A DNA stretch of 64,000 nucleotides from Vicugna vicugna (Eukaryota): NCBI GenBank assembly GCA_013265495.1, contig MU058065.1, forward strand, positions 8,845,819 through 8,909,818, read 5' to 3'. This document shows, piece by piece, positions 13,615-26,859 of the stretch. Under the pieces are notes generated by a model, which made no database searches, was not told where the DNA came from, and saw nothing but the letters and a program-made list of their open reading frames with translations. Each line of letters begins with the position of its first letter. Position 1 is the stretch's first letter. Position numbers and translations under genes: made by a program.

Positions 13615-16600
13615 CTTTTTTAAAAAATCATAGAATTCACCCATTTAAAGTGTACAATTCAATTATTTTTAGTGTATCCACAAAATTGTGCAAGGAGCAC
13701 CACAATCTAAGTTTAAAACATTTTCACTATCTCAAAAGAGAACTCTGTATCTCTTGAGTCACACCTCATTCCTCTCACCCTTTCCCACACCCTTAAACCT
13801 ACCTACCAACCACTAATCTACTTCCTTTGTCTATAAATTTGCCTATTTTGGGCATATCATATAAGTGGAATCATATACAAGTGGCCTTTTATGACTGGCT
13901 TTTTTCACTTAGCATAATGTTTTCAAGATTTATCCATATTGTAGCATATATCAATACTTCATTTCTTCTGCTGAATAATATTCCATTGGATGGATATACC
14001 ACATTTTGTTTATTCACCCAATATTTGATGAACACTTGGGTTGTTTCCACCTTTGGGCTATTTTGAATAATGCTGCTATAAACAATTCAAGTACAAGTAT
14101 TTGTTTAAACACCTGTTTTCAGTTCTCTTGGGTATATACCTATGAGTGTAATTGTCAAGCCATATGGCAACTACATGTTTAACATTTTGAGGACCTGCCA
14201 GACTAGTTTCTAAAGGACTGCACTTCACATTCCCATCAGCAATGTATGAGGGTTCCAACTACTCTACATTCTCACCGTTATTATTATTCATTGTCTTTAT
14301 TATACTCATTTATTTTGATTTGCTAGGGCTGCTATAACAAAGTGCCATAAACTAACTAATCTAAACAATACCAATTTATCGTCTCTCAGTTTTGGAGGCT
14401 AGAAGTCCAAGATCAAGGTCTGTAGGACCAAGTTCCCCTTGAAGATCCCAAGGTATTATCTGTTCCACATCTTTCTTCTAGCTTCTGTTAATTCCTTGGC
14501 TTATGGCAACACAATGCCAGTCTTCACATGGTGTTTTCCCTTTAGGCAGTCTGTGTCCAAATTTCCCCTTTTTGTAAGGATATTTGCTATATTGGATTAG
14601 GGGCCCACCCTATTTCAGTATGACCTCATTTTAACTAATTGCATTTACAAAGATTCTATTTCCAAATAAGGTCACATTCTGGGGTTAAGGCTTTAACATA
14701 CGAATTTTGGAGGATACAATTCAACCCATAACATCATATTTCTGGTATTTAATTGAGGGTTTTTGTGTTTCTACTTGTAAGGGATATTGATATATAGTTT
14801 TCTTTTTGTGTAATATTTTTATCTGGGTTTGGTATCAGGCTGATACTGGCTCACAGAATGACTGTCTTCTTTTTTCGGAAGAGTATATGAGGGACTGCCA
14901 TTAATTCTTCAAATGTTTGGTAGAATTCATCAGTGAAGCTATCTGGTTCTGGACATTTCTTTATGGGAAGTTTTTGAAAACTAGTGCAATATCTTGTTAT
15001 ACAGATCTTTAGTTTTTACTTGAGCCAGTTTCAGTAGTTTGCGTCTTTTGAGGAATCTGTCCATTTCATCTAAGTTATCAGTTTTGTTGGCATATACTCT
15101 TCATAGTTTTCATTTCCATTCTTCTCAAAGTATTTTCTAACTACCCTTATGATTTCTTCTTTGACCCACTGGTTATTTAGAAGTGTATTGTTTAGTTTCC
15201 ATATATTTGTGAACTTCCCAGATTTCCTTGTTACTGATTTCTACTTTCATTCCAATTGGCTGGAAAATATACCTTGTATGATTTCAGTGCTTTTAAATAT
15301 ATTGAGCCTTGTTTCATAGTCTAGTAATAATCTGTCCTGAAAAATGTTTCATATGCACTTGAGGAAAAACAATTCCACTGTTGTTGGACAGAATGTTCCA
15401 TAAATTCATTCACATTCACATCTGTATGCTTATATTCTATATTAGATAATCTGCTTAGATTTATATCTGCCATTTTGCTTTTCATTTTCTATATTTCCCA
15501 TGTCTTTCTGTTCTTCTCTTCATCCTTACTGTCTTCTTTTGTATTAAGTTGATTTTTTATAATGTAATATTTTAATTTCTTTCATAGTTTTTCAAAATTA
15601 TATTTTTGAGTTTTTAAGATAGTTTTTCTAGGGATTATAATATATTTATCAACTTAACAAAACCTACTTCAGATTTATACTATCCACATTCTAGGGAAAT
15701 GTGGAAATATGGGCCGTCATTACACCTGTATAGCTTATGCCCTACTCCTTTTTTGTGCTATTATGGTTATAGCTATTACATTTACATGTATCACAAACCC
15801 AGCAATCCATTATAATTATTACTTTATATGATCTGATGTGTTTTAAAGAAGCTGAGAGAAGAAAGGAAAATTACTATCTGGTGTCATTTCCTTACACCAA
15901 TTAGCTTTGTTTCTACCAGCCAACTTTGTACTGTTACTGGCAAATACATTACATTTCCATAAGCTATAGGCCCAATGATATATTGTACATACATATATTG
16001 TACATATAATCATATTATATTATGTTTTATGTAATTGCTTTTTATTTTTATTAAGCATATTATATACGTTGTTTTATGCAATTGCTTTTTAAATCATTTA
16101 AATGAAGAAGGAGAAGAAATGCACAATCATACTATTATAATCATCTACATAATTATCTTTCTTGCAAGGCAGGTCTGCTAGCAATGAATTCTCTCAGCTT
16201 TTGTTTATCTGGGAACATATTTATTTTGCCTTCATTTTTGAGAGATTATTTTGCCGAATATAAGATTCTTAATTGACAATTTTTTACTTTTAATACTTTA
16301 TGCCATCCTACTGCTTTCTGACCTCCATTGCTTCTTATGGGAAATTAGTTGTTAATAGGATTCGCTTGTATGTGATGAGTTCTTTTCTCTTACTCCTTTT
16401 AAGAATTTCTTGGCTTCTAACATTTTGACTATGATGTGTCTGGGTGGGGATCTCTTTATATTAACCTAACTGGAGTTTGTTCAGCTTCCTGGATATGTAG
16501 ATTTATGTTTTTCATCAAATTTGGAAGTTTTGAGCCATTACTTCTAACACTTTTTTCTGCTACTTTCTCTCTCTCCTCATATTCTAGTACTCCCATTACA

Positions 16601-18655
16601 AATATGTTGGTACATTTAATGGTACCCCACCTCCTTCTGTGGCTATGCTCATTTTCTTCATTCTTCTTTCCTCTCTGTTCTTCAGATAGCACAATCTTTA
16701 TTGATGTTCAGTTTCACAGGTTCTTCTTTCACCAGCTCACATATACTGTCAATAGTTACTGAACTTTTATTTTACTTTTCAACTCCAGAATTTCTGTTTA
16801 GTTACTTTCTATAATTTCTGTCTCTTTATTTACATTATCAATTTGATGAGACATTGTCATCATAGTTTCCTTTAATAATTTAAGCATGGTTTCTTTTAGT
16901 TCTTTGAACCTGTTTATAATAGCTGTTTTGAAGTCTTTGCTAAGTCCAAGATCTGGGTCCCCAGAGGCAGTTTCTGTTTGCCTGTTTTTGTTTCTATGTG
17001 TGGATCATACTTTCCCATTTCTTTGCATATCTCATTATTTTTGTTGTCGTTGTTGAAATCTTTACATGATAGATAATATATTGTAATAATTCTGTATGCA
17101 TATCCCCCTAGGGATTGGTGTTCTTTTTGTTTTTTGCTTGGTCATTACTTTATTTGTTCAATGACCTGGCTGAACTAATTTTGTGAAGTCTATTTTCCTG
17201 CAGTGTGCACTTTCTGATATTCCTACTCATATTTTTCTCCTTTGTTTCCATATTTTATCCTTGCTTTCTATCCTGGATATCTAGAAGGTACTCACGAGTC
17301 AGCACAAGTCACCTACTGTTTGGCTGTTAAACTTAAAAACTCTTAGCTAGTTAGATTTTCACTCTTTACTACTGACTGTGTGTGTGGCTTGGAGGTTGCT
17401 ATCATAGTTCATAGTTATATTATTTACTCAAATTCAATCAGAGATTAATACCTTAGAAATTCCCTTTCATATCACTCTTGAGATTCTCAAGTGTAGGCTT
17501 GGGCAGGCACACAGTCTTCCAGACTGCTAGGGATGTGATTTTATTTTCAACTGTGGCTTCATGGGAGTTGCCTCTGAATCAGGGTAGCTTATTTGTTCAC
17601 TCAGTGTTTATGCAGAGGTTGTGCTTAAGTCCTTTGTGGCAGTGATGCTTCTGCCCTTTGTTGATGGATTTCTGTGTGACTTGGGAATGTTTTCAGTTCT
17701 GCCCCACATCCTGCTCTGATTGCTCCTGAATGGGTGCAGCTTAGCACATTTGCACAGTCCCCTTGATCTCTGTTAAAACTCTGGCTGCTTTGGCTTCTTG
17801 TTTGTTGATACTAGTGTCATGGAGCTAAAAGCACCCTCTCAGTTGTTCTCTACCAAAATCTTCATTTTGAATAACACCCTTAAGCATGGAATTTCCACAT
17901 TCTGTTCTAAACAAATCAGTCCCCTTAGGTGGAGGCATGGACTTTTTTGTCCTTTTGACCTGCCTTTCTACCTGAACATAATCTCTGAAGCACTGCACAG
18001 GAACTGAAGGCAGAGACAGTAACCTGGTTCTTCCAGTATGACACTCTAGAAATACATGCAGTTGCTGGGAATGGAGGATGGAAAGCTGGTTTTCTCAGCT
18101 TGCCCCTTCCCCACCCCACCCAGTGTGGAACCTCTGCCCTATAAGTGAGCTTCAGGGCCCCAGTATTTTGGGCTTGCCAAGCCTGGAGCAGAGCTTCTTC
18201 CCTGTGACTAGGGGCTGGGTGGATGAAGGAAACCCTAGTCCTTATAGCTGCACCTGTTGAAAATAGAGCTTCTAAAACACAGGGCTGAGGGTCCAAGAAA
18301 TGCTAGCGGCTTTCCTCTGCTGGGGTGAAATTACAGCCCTAGACTGTGAGCTGTGGGGAAAGAGAGCTACCATCTTTTTGCCACACCATACAGGAGTAGA
18401 TCACCTAGAGCAGAGTTTCCATAGCATGGAGCTGGGGAAGAGGAGGGAGCAGGTCATGACTCAAATGCCACAGACTCTCATACCAAGATTTAGTAGATTT
18501 TCTTGAATGAGTACTTCTCCATTTTCTCTATACACTTAGGACAATTTCCAGAGATATTAGATAACTTTTTAAAGCTATATAACTTTTACCAGTTATATAG
18601 CTGTTTTACTGGGGAGAGAGTTTGCCAAGCACCTTACTCTGGAAGTTCCACTCCC
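13615..18655 (-). mobile_element. Old L1 (L1M/L1MB-like) with 3' end, partial ORF2, ORF1 and 5' UTR, internally deleted and interrupted by an MLT1 LTR
   Basis: L1 3'-end motifs at 13615-14300. ORF1 remnant in ORF 16456-16692 (WGTIKCTNIFVMGVLEYEEREKVAEK...PNLMKNINLHIQEA). L1M 5'-UTR-like sequence to ~18655. Confidence 0.85.
14311..14733 (-). mobile_element. MaLR solo LTR (MLT1B/C-like)
   Basis: AGGGCTGCTATAACAAAGT...GGAGGCTAGAAGTCCAAGATCAAGG...TTTCCAAATAAGGTCACATTCT...CAATTCAACCCATAACA. Confidence 0.85.
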
Positions 18656-19239
18656 TAATTTGCTTTTAAAGAGGTACCTTTCATAATCTCCACTGGCCTA
18701 GGTAGTTTCTCATATACTCCCCTACCAACATTAATTACAGAGCTTATAAAATAACATCATCAGGCAGAGAAGAACAAATTGCACATTTGGGAGAGAGGGG
18801 AGCTGGCTGAGGTCTGGAGTGGGTCATGTCCCCAGGGATGGGTAAGACACCAGGAGGAAGAATCCAACTGCAAACTAGTGAATAACTGTCAAGGCAGGTA
18901 GAGCATGATCTGCAGAGTATAGTGAAAAGCAACAAGAGGCAACTCAAGGCAGGGTTCAGTATCAGAGTTGTCCCTAGAAGCATATGTGGGGATCTAAGAA
19001 TAAGTAATCTGTGAAAACCCAGAAAGGAAAACACTATTATGTAGCAGTACCCATAGGCACAAGGAGGCAAGATTCCATTTCTTTTTTAAAGTGTGAGGTG
19101 AGGCACTATGTGTTGTGAAAAAGGCAGAAGCTCAGTTTTTGAAATTAAAAATAAGGTAAGAATCAGCAAAGTTAGTGAGCTCTGAACTAGAAGCCATTAT
19201 AGTTCTCCAGTCTAAAATCCCTCCTGAAGTCATGGACGG

Positions 19240-19404
19240 TGAGGAGTCCCTGGCTGCACATCACAATACCTGGGGAGCTTTAAAAAAATCCTGATCACAA
19301 ACCAATTACTTCCAAACACCTAGTATAGGGCTCAGGGCTCAGGAATAAGTAGTTTTTAAGAGTTTTCCAGGTGATCCCAATGTAGAGCCAATTTAAGAAC
19401 CACT
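19240..19404. mobile_element. MER5A-type element
   Basis: CTGGCTGCACATCACAATACCTGGGGAGCTTT...CCAGGTGATCCCAATGT...TTAAGAACCACT. Confidence 0.75.
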
Positions 19405-19949
19405 ATGATATGTGGCTGGGGAGGAGGATTAGCTGCGATCAAAGCAGGGTTAGAGGGGCAGGGAGACAGGTAGACTGTATGCAGAATTTTCTTATCAAAA
19501 ATCTCACCCAAGGAGTCTCCTCCAAACTTTCAGTTTTATATTAATAAATTTCTATACGCATGTGCCAGTCTTCTGAATTGATTATGCTTCTTACTACCTT
19601 ACATCTCATGCTTCTTCACTTATTTTGAATGTTGTCTTTCCATTAGAAAGTGAGCTGTAATGTCTAACACTAGACATTAACTAAATGAAAAGTATATTTC
19701 ATTTTGAATAAATATGTCTTTAGTATGTACACATTTTACTGACTATCTATCATATAGATATCCAGCAGGGATCCCAGCAGAAGTTCAGGCATGCATTGGC
19801 ATGGCTATTAAATTGGTGAAGATGGTCTAAAAGAAGTCTGTTCATGGGGAGTAAGAGCTTAATGGAAAGTTATATCCTCAGCAAGAAAATTATAGGGAGA
19901 AATTTATATATTAAGTATTGATACATATGTTATTATTTGATATATAAAT

Positions 19950-21094
19950 ATCCCTTGCAAATAAGCTGAAAATTGAACACCCCAATGTGAATGTCCAAAC
20001 TATATGAATGGGCAAATTATCAGGAGAATTATCAAACATGGAATGTTAACTAGAATTTTTAAAATTTCAAATAAAAACAAGAATGCAGAATAATCTGTTT
20101 AAGTCTCTCAGACTGGCAAAGATGAAAAAGATTGGTCATATTATCTGGTGAAGATGAAAGAAAATAGCTAGCCTTATTCACAGCTGACAGACTCCCTCCA
20201 ACCTGTCTCCCTGCCCCTCTAACCCTCCTTTGATCGCAGCTAATCCACTGGTACAAACTCTGTACGGAAGATTTTCTCTTGAATCCATTAAAATTGTAAT
20301 GTCTACTCACCATTGATTTGCCAATTCTTCTAAGAATTTCTCCTAAAGGACTAATAACTGCATGTACAAACATGTTTACAACAACATTACTTACAGCCAG
20401 GTGGCTAAAAACAACACGAAAGTCCATTAAAAAGGATCTGGCTAAAAAAGCTATATTGCATCCAACCACTACATGACCATGCAAAAAATAGTAAGTAGAT
20501 CTTTAATTTGAAATAAGTTTACAGAATATGGTGATTCCATTTAAGCAGCCACAATGAAGGCATAAAAGGACAAAACAAATGTTGGAGAAATAATAGCACA
20601 TATACTTAAAATATCATTCACCATGGAATTGTGCCCCTTTCTTGGGGTTATATGACCACTGCCTTCAACATCTGAAGTAACAGTCTTGTTTTATTGCTGC
20701 AGAAAGCCAGATATGGCTTGATAAAAGTAAAATTATGTTGGAACTGAAAGTTATGCTAAGATGATCTTATCTGACCCTTTCATTTCATAGATCAGGCAAC
20801 ATATGACTACATGATAATGACAGATAGTAAAATTATTTGATAAAACCATTTGGAGAATAGTTGATGGTTAACTAGACATTTCTATTGTATCACATTAAAA
20901 CCACATAGACTATTTCCTAGTCACAAAGGAAAATAGAACTGTACAAGGGAGGGATCTGGTCATCATCACACTAAATGAATAGTTCAGTTTTATATCTCTA
21001 ATGATGGTTCACCCAGAAAATATCTTCTGATGGGATTTAGCACGGAGTACCTAATGTTACCTATGACATAATCTAGGCAAGTGTCTAACTGGAA
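19950..21094 (+). mobile_element. Highly diverged L1ME/L1MC 3' fragments; they continue at ~22356-22500 after a nested L1
   Basis: Degenerate L1 3' motifs, e.g. AAAGGAAAATAGAACTGTACA and TTCTCCTAAAGGACTAATAACTGCATGTACAAA. Confidence 0.55.
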
Positions 21095-21105
21095 TACACA
21101 AAGTT

Positions 21106-22344
21106 CAACAAGTGGTGCTGGGACAACTGGATATCCATATGTGAAAGAATGAATTTTGAATTCCTTCCTCATGCCACACAAAAATGAACTCAGAGTGGAT
21201 CAAAGCCCTAAATTTAAGCATCTGAAACTATAAAGCTTTTAGAATGAAGCATGGGTGGAAATTTTTGTGACTTTGTATTAGGCAATCGTTTCTCAAATAC
21301 GATAGCAAAAGTACAAGAAGCATAAGCAATGAGAGGAAAATAGATAAATTGAATTTCATCAGAACTAAAACCTTTTCTATATTAAAAATCATTATCAAGA
21401 AAGTGAAAAGACAACCTACAGAATGAGAGAAAATGTTTGCAAATCATATATTTGATAAGGGTCTACTATCCAGAACATATAAGGAAACAAGCCAATTTAA
21501 AAATGAGCAAAACATTTCTCCAAAGAAGATATACAAGTGGTCAAAGAGCACCCAAAAAGATGCTCAACATCACTAGTTATTAGGGAAATGCAAATCAAAA
21601 TCACAGTGAGATCCTTCACACCCACTTAGGTGATTATGAGTTTCTAAAAAATGGAAAATAACAGGTATGGGTGATGATGCAGAGAAATTGGAACCCTCAT
21701 ATATTGCTGGTGGAAATGTAAAATAGTGCAGCTGCTATGGAAAACAGTTTGGCAGTTCCTCAAAAAATTAATGATAGAGCTACCATGTGATGCAGCAATT
21801 TCACTCCTAGCTATATACTCAAAAGAGTTGAAAAATCTATGTTCAAATAAAAATATGTACAGGAATGTTCATACCAGCATTATTCAGAACAGCCAAAAAG
21901 TGAAAACAGTTCAAAGGTCCATCAACTGAAGAATGGATAAACACAATGTAGTGCCATGGAATATTATTCACCCACAAAAAGTAATAACATACAGATAAAT
22001 GCTGCGACATAAATGAACCTTGAAAACATTAAGCTATATGAAAAAAGACAGATACAAAAACACAAAAGACTGCGTATTATATGATTCCATTTATGTGAGA
22101 TGTCCAGAACAGGCAAATTTATGGAAACAGAAAATAGATTAGTGTTGCCAAAAGAGTGGGGGAGGAAGATATTGGAAGATATGTGGTTTCCTTTTGGAGT
22201 GATGGAAGTATTCTATAATTAGATAGGGGTGATGATTGCACAAAACCATCAATATATAAAAGTCTACTAAATTGTACACTTGAAAATGGTGAATTTTGTT
22301 GTGAATTTTATCTCAGTAAAAAAGTTTTTTTAAAAAAAAAAAAG
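21106..22344 (+). mobile_element. 5'-truncated L1MB-like element with poly(A) tail and 11-bp TSD
   Basis: L1 ORF2 C-terminal and 3'UTR motifs (ORF 21726: [12 protein letters not shown]). Flanked by TACACAAAGTT at 21095-21105 and 22345-22355. Confidence 0.9.
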
Positions 22345-22689
22345 TACACAAAGTTTTAGATACAACATTTTACAGTTAACTCAGGCAATAGGGAAACAAG
22401 CTAAATGATATCAGGTGAGCAACAGGACAAACCCAGAAAGTGGCCCAACCTGTAGGACAAGTGGACTGATGTTTTTTAAAGAATAATAACATAAAAACAT
22501 GACTGGGCTAGCATATGAAATATATGGAAGAAGACAGCACCCCCTCTTCCAGACCTTGGAAGGGTCCCAACAGAGGCTGGTGAGCCACCATTTGGGAATG
22601 CCGGGGACAAGACTCCTGTGTTGAGTCAGAAATGAAATAAGTAGACTTAGGGTCTTTCCACACTTATTAGAGACTTGGAAGTCATCTTT

Positions 22690-23170
22690 ACCTTCTATTT
22701 CCATGTTATTAAACTCTGCCTGTCATTCCACTTCCTCAATATCTCTCATATTTATTCCTGTTTTTAGTTCTGCTGCCACTAGAGCTAAAATCTCCTAATA
22801 ATCCTCTACATGAGCTCCATGATCACAGCAAACTTTACTAGAATGATTGCTCTTGCCTCCTTATTTGTTGTGAATTCCATCATTTCTCATTTCTCAGCTC
22901 TAACTCTCCTCCTCAAGGAAGTTTTTTCTTATTTAGCCTAACAGAGTCCTTGATTACCTCCATTAAACAAAACAATACCTTGGACATACTTCCATTATGC
23001 ACTTATCATTCTATATTGCAATTTTGTGTTTACACATCTGACTCCCCTACTAGAAGATAAACCTCCTCCAGGACAAGGATCATGCCTTATCTTTGTATCA
23101 CCAGCACCTAGAAGAGTATTTCCTAGAAAAGTTGCTTAACAAATATTTGGTGAGTAAATCAATCAATGAG
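22690..23170 (+). mobile_element. L2 3' end
   Basis: CTCCCCTACTAGAAGATAAACCTCC...CCAGCACCTAGAA...AAATATTTGGTGAGTAAAT. Confidence 0.7.
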
Positions 23171-24139
23171 TCATTGGGATTCCATATTTCTATTAAGAAT
23201 TCTTATAATGTCATATGGCATCTTTGGAGATAAGAATGGAATGTTTGGTGACTGAGGCCAGTATTTTTATATCTAAAGTAGTACTTCTCAGCTTTACAAT
23301 TTTTATGTTCCCCATCTCCCATGCTGAGGAAAGGAGTTTGCTACAGATGACTAAAAGGAAGTATTGATGCAACAGTAAAGAAGAAGGTGAAAAGTTATTA
23401 CAATGAGCATTTGGCTCTGGTAAGGCTCCATCTGAAGACTTAATTAATATTAATGAGTAAGAAGAGAAATCAGGGGGTATAAAGGATACCATTTGATTGG
23501 TATCCAGGAGGAGATGAGGAAGCAGTGAAGAACATACATGGGCAGGAGAATGTAAACATCAGAGGACAAAGTGGATGAACAACATTTTTGGATTACATAT
23601 ATCAGCGCCACTTTGTGACACTGATAAAAAGTGATGCTTAGAAGACCTTGGAAGTTCTCAATCTGAGGCAAGAATAGAGTACAAAGGGGCACAGCATTGC
23701 TCCTGGGAAGGGTTTATTAAGATCAGGCAGATGAAGATTAGCCTAGGGATGTGCACTAAGGAAGGGTGCTCAGATTGCTGGTGCAAGGTCTCTTCCCCCT
23801 CCTAGCGTAAAAAGAATTCCCCTTTTCCCTGTGTATGGGAGATAATTTTTGGCTCTCTTGGCTAGCACCAGCCCGAAGAAAATTTGGGAATTAGACAAAA
23901 TTTAACATTTATACATTTTTTTTTTAGAGTCCCTTCTTCCTTTTTACAGCCCCTGCTTTATCTCCAGTTTTTTCTAATTTCCCTATGGCCCTCTCCCCCA
24001 TCTGTGACAACCCATCAGGGCATCCCAGCACTCCATTTACCTGGTTTATTCTCTACTAACCCTCCCTGGTGGCCATGGCACAGTGTTCATTCTTTCTGAC
24101 AAAACTGCTTGGCCAGTCTGAGATAATCCCCCCCCACTT

Positions 24140-24326
24140 TTGATAGCTTTCTGTGAAAGTCATTTATAAAGTTACTTTATTCCTGCAGCCTCTCAATTGT
24201 TTCTTCCTGATATTTGTCCTTTTCCTTTCCTACTTGGTGAGATTTGGCTTTACTTTCAAGGATCTTTTTGCAGTCTTTGTCTAGTTTTAGTCTAGTGATA
24301 ATCACCTTGCTGAGGTAAATGCCCAT
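24140..24326 (-). pseudogene. RPL26: 5'-truncated processed pseudogene of ribosomal protein L26 (last 49 codons plus a short 3'UTR-like remnant)
   Basis: Manual translation of 24326->24177 gives [49 protein letters not shown]. This is 38/49 identical to the recalled RPL26 C-terminus [49 protein letters not shown], with no intron. EETIE favours RPL26 over RPL26L1. Confidence 0.93.
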
Positions 24327-25761
24327 ATCAGCCTTCTCCTGCTATGCTAGTTCAGGGTAGATGACTTATTTCTTCCTGTGAATCTGGACTGCTTTGCCAA
24401 TTTGCTGCTCTTCGTAGTGCTCTTACACAACCTGAACTTCAACATCCTTTCAGATGAGCATGGATGAAACGTTGTACTTCTGTCTTAGTTCTTTGGAAAG
24501 AGGGGAAGACATCATCTTCCTGTGAATGTGGGAAGGTGAACTGACATGACTTTTCTGATTCTTGCTTCAGTCAGAGGTCACAAGGGGACTGAACTTCGTT
24601 TTGGCTGCTGGTGCTTCAGCGATGGCTTTAAAGGGGAAGAGCTAAACCACAATGTTAATGACTGACAATAGCTTTGGTTCTTACTGTGCTATTCTTCTCA
24701 TACATGCATTCAGCTAGAGATTTTCAGGGGCTTAATCTACAGGTGGAGTGAATATTAAATACTAACTAAAGGAAACCATTTGCAAAGCTAACCCAAACCA
24801 AAACTTCCATTTAAAATGAAGCTTCCTTAAGGAGCTGGAGATCCTTAAGAAACAGTTTCACATTTCATATTTCATTAAAATAAACAGAACACACAGTACT
24901 TCAGATTTTTGCTTCACTCTAATGATTTTGACAGCAGCTGTTGTTAATTGGGGAGGAGTATATTTGTCAAAGCAGCTAATCATCTTGTATTTTAAAAAAC
25001 AGAATGTAATGGGAATTTGGAAATCTGCCCAGTGTGCATTTTGAGAAATGGATGGCGATAGGTGACGTCTCTTTTTTTGTGCCTCCTCCTGAAACTCCCT
25101 CACAGGGGCATAACCTGCCCATTCTCAGGGTGAATCTAAAGACAGATTATTGTCTAATTAATGACACAGAAATACGTTCTCTCCAAACTGCACTGAAGGA
25201 GAATCTAATGAGGCAACCGTAAATTATTAACAGCTGCTTTTATGAACCTGCTTTTCAAGAATGTAATACTGGTTGCTTTTAATGGTGCCTGGAAATTCTT
25301 TTCTTTGTTTTAAGAGCTAAAGAAAAAGTTTTTTTTTAAAAAGCAAGCAAACAGGAAGGGGCTGGGGGGGCAGTTAAAAATGAAAAAAGGAATACCTTAG
25401 CTCCCTACTGTTAAACAGTTCTGTATCTTTGAGATGTTGACATTTTGAAATGAAAGCTTCTTGGTACATTTATTTTCTCCCAAGATTCAGCCAAGGGCTT
25501 TGATGGGCAGTACTTGCTCACTGTCTTTCCCATATATTTTTTAAAAATTATGTATGTATTTCCACATTTCATTTTATCTGTCTGGGTGGCTCTGTGTTGG
25601 AACAAATGAGATAACTATTTCAGGCACTTGTTTTTCCTCTCTCCAATGAACGCTATCTCCAATTCTCTTTACGCCTTTGTTTACATTCTTTTGACATTAA
25701 TAAAAAACCAGATCTGATAATGAGCTTTGATGGGGATAAGCCTCAGAAATGGCTTAGGATT

Positions 25762-25976
25762 CAGAGGTTAGCCTACTATGGTCCACAAACCAAATCTAGT
25801 CTGCTGACTGTTTTTAAAACAGTTTTATTGGAATACAGCCTTTCCCATTCATTTACGTATTGTCTGAAGGCTGCTTCCTTGCTATAATGACAAACTTCAC
25901 AGAGACTACATGCTCTAAAATTTTTTACTATCTTGTTCTTTATAGAAAAAAACATTTTTTTTGTGTGTTTACCCCT
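25762..25976. mobile_element. MER58A-like element
   Basis: CCAAATCTAGTCTGCTGACTGTTTTT...GTTTTATTGGAATACAGCC...CATTCATTTACGTATTGTCT. Confidence 0.75.
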
Positions 25977-26317
25977 AAGCCTTGGATCTTGCTACCAAAA
26001 GTGTGGTTTATAGACTGCAATTTGCCTAGGTACTATTTATTATCAGTTTGCAGCAATGTGAGGAGCTAGCATGAACTATAAATAGAAACCAACTATGTCA
26101 TAGGCACACTTGAATTAAGCTGATGTTCTTTTTGCATCAAGACTTTCTTGATGAAAGAAGCAGTGTATAGATTTACATTCTGAGGAAAGCTCTATCTCTC
26201 TGTGGATCAGCACTTATAGTGATACTGGCTTAAATGACAACAAAAATTTTAACTTACTTTGAGGAAAGTATTTACTTTATAACACTTCTAGGCTGTGACT
26301 TAAGAGAGGTACGTAGA

Positions 26318-26788
26318 GCTCTCAGCTAGCTTTTGCTATTGAATAAACTTCCCCAAAACTTTGTGGCTTAAAACAAACTGCAGTTTGGCAATTTGGTCAG
26401 GTCTTGGCTTGAAGGTTCTAGCCTTGGCTAGGTTCAGCTGGTTGTTCAGCTAGGTTTGCTCATGTATCTGTGGTCAGTTGGAAGGTCACCCAGGGCTGGT
26501 TGGTCCAAGATGGTTCAACTAGAATAGCCTTCTGCTCCACATGTTCTCTCAGGATGCACAGTCTATCCCAGGCAGGAGTCTCAAAAGCAGGTAAGAGGAA
26601 GCTGAGGCCTCTTGAGGCCTAGGTTCAAAACTCACAAGATACTACTTTCATCACATTCTTGGCCAAGGCAAGTTCCAAGAGCTGCCCACCTTATCTTGAG
26701 GATGGGAAATAGACTTGACCTCTTGATGTAGGAGTTGCAAACCATTGTAGTTCACTGTATTTCCCACATATTTTTGCAATCAACCGTA
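26318..26788 (-). mobile_element. MaLR LTR (MLT1G/H-like)
   Basis: CCCCAAAACTTTGTGGCTTAAAACAA...AGGCCTCTTGAGGCCTAGGTTCAAAACT...GGGAAATAGACTTGACCTCTTGATG. Confidence 0.75.
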
Positions 26789-26859
26789 AAGTGGAAGGGA
26801 GAAACATTATTGCTTCTCTACACTCCCTTCTTACTTCTTTTCCAAACTTTGGTCAAACT

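Noticed and set aside
23635..24141. Possible LTR capture of RPL26 (PPT-like AAAAGTGGGGGGGGA, then TATAAA and AATAAA on the - strand)
   Set aside because: No TG start after the purine tract, no second LTR or convincing TSD, and no recognisable LTR family. A Dfam search or multicopy BLAST hit would be needed to revive it.
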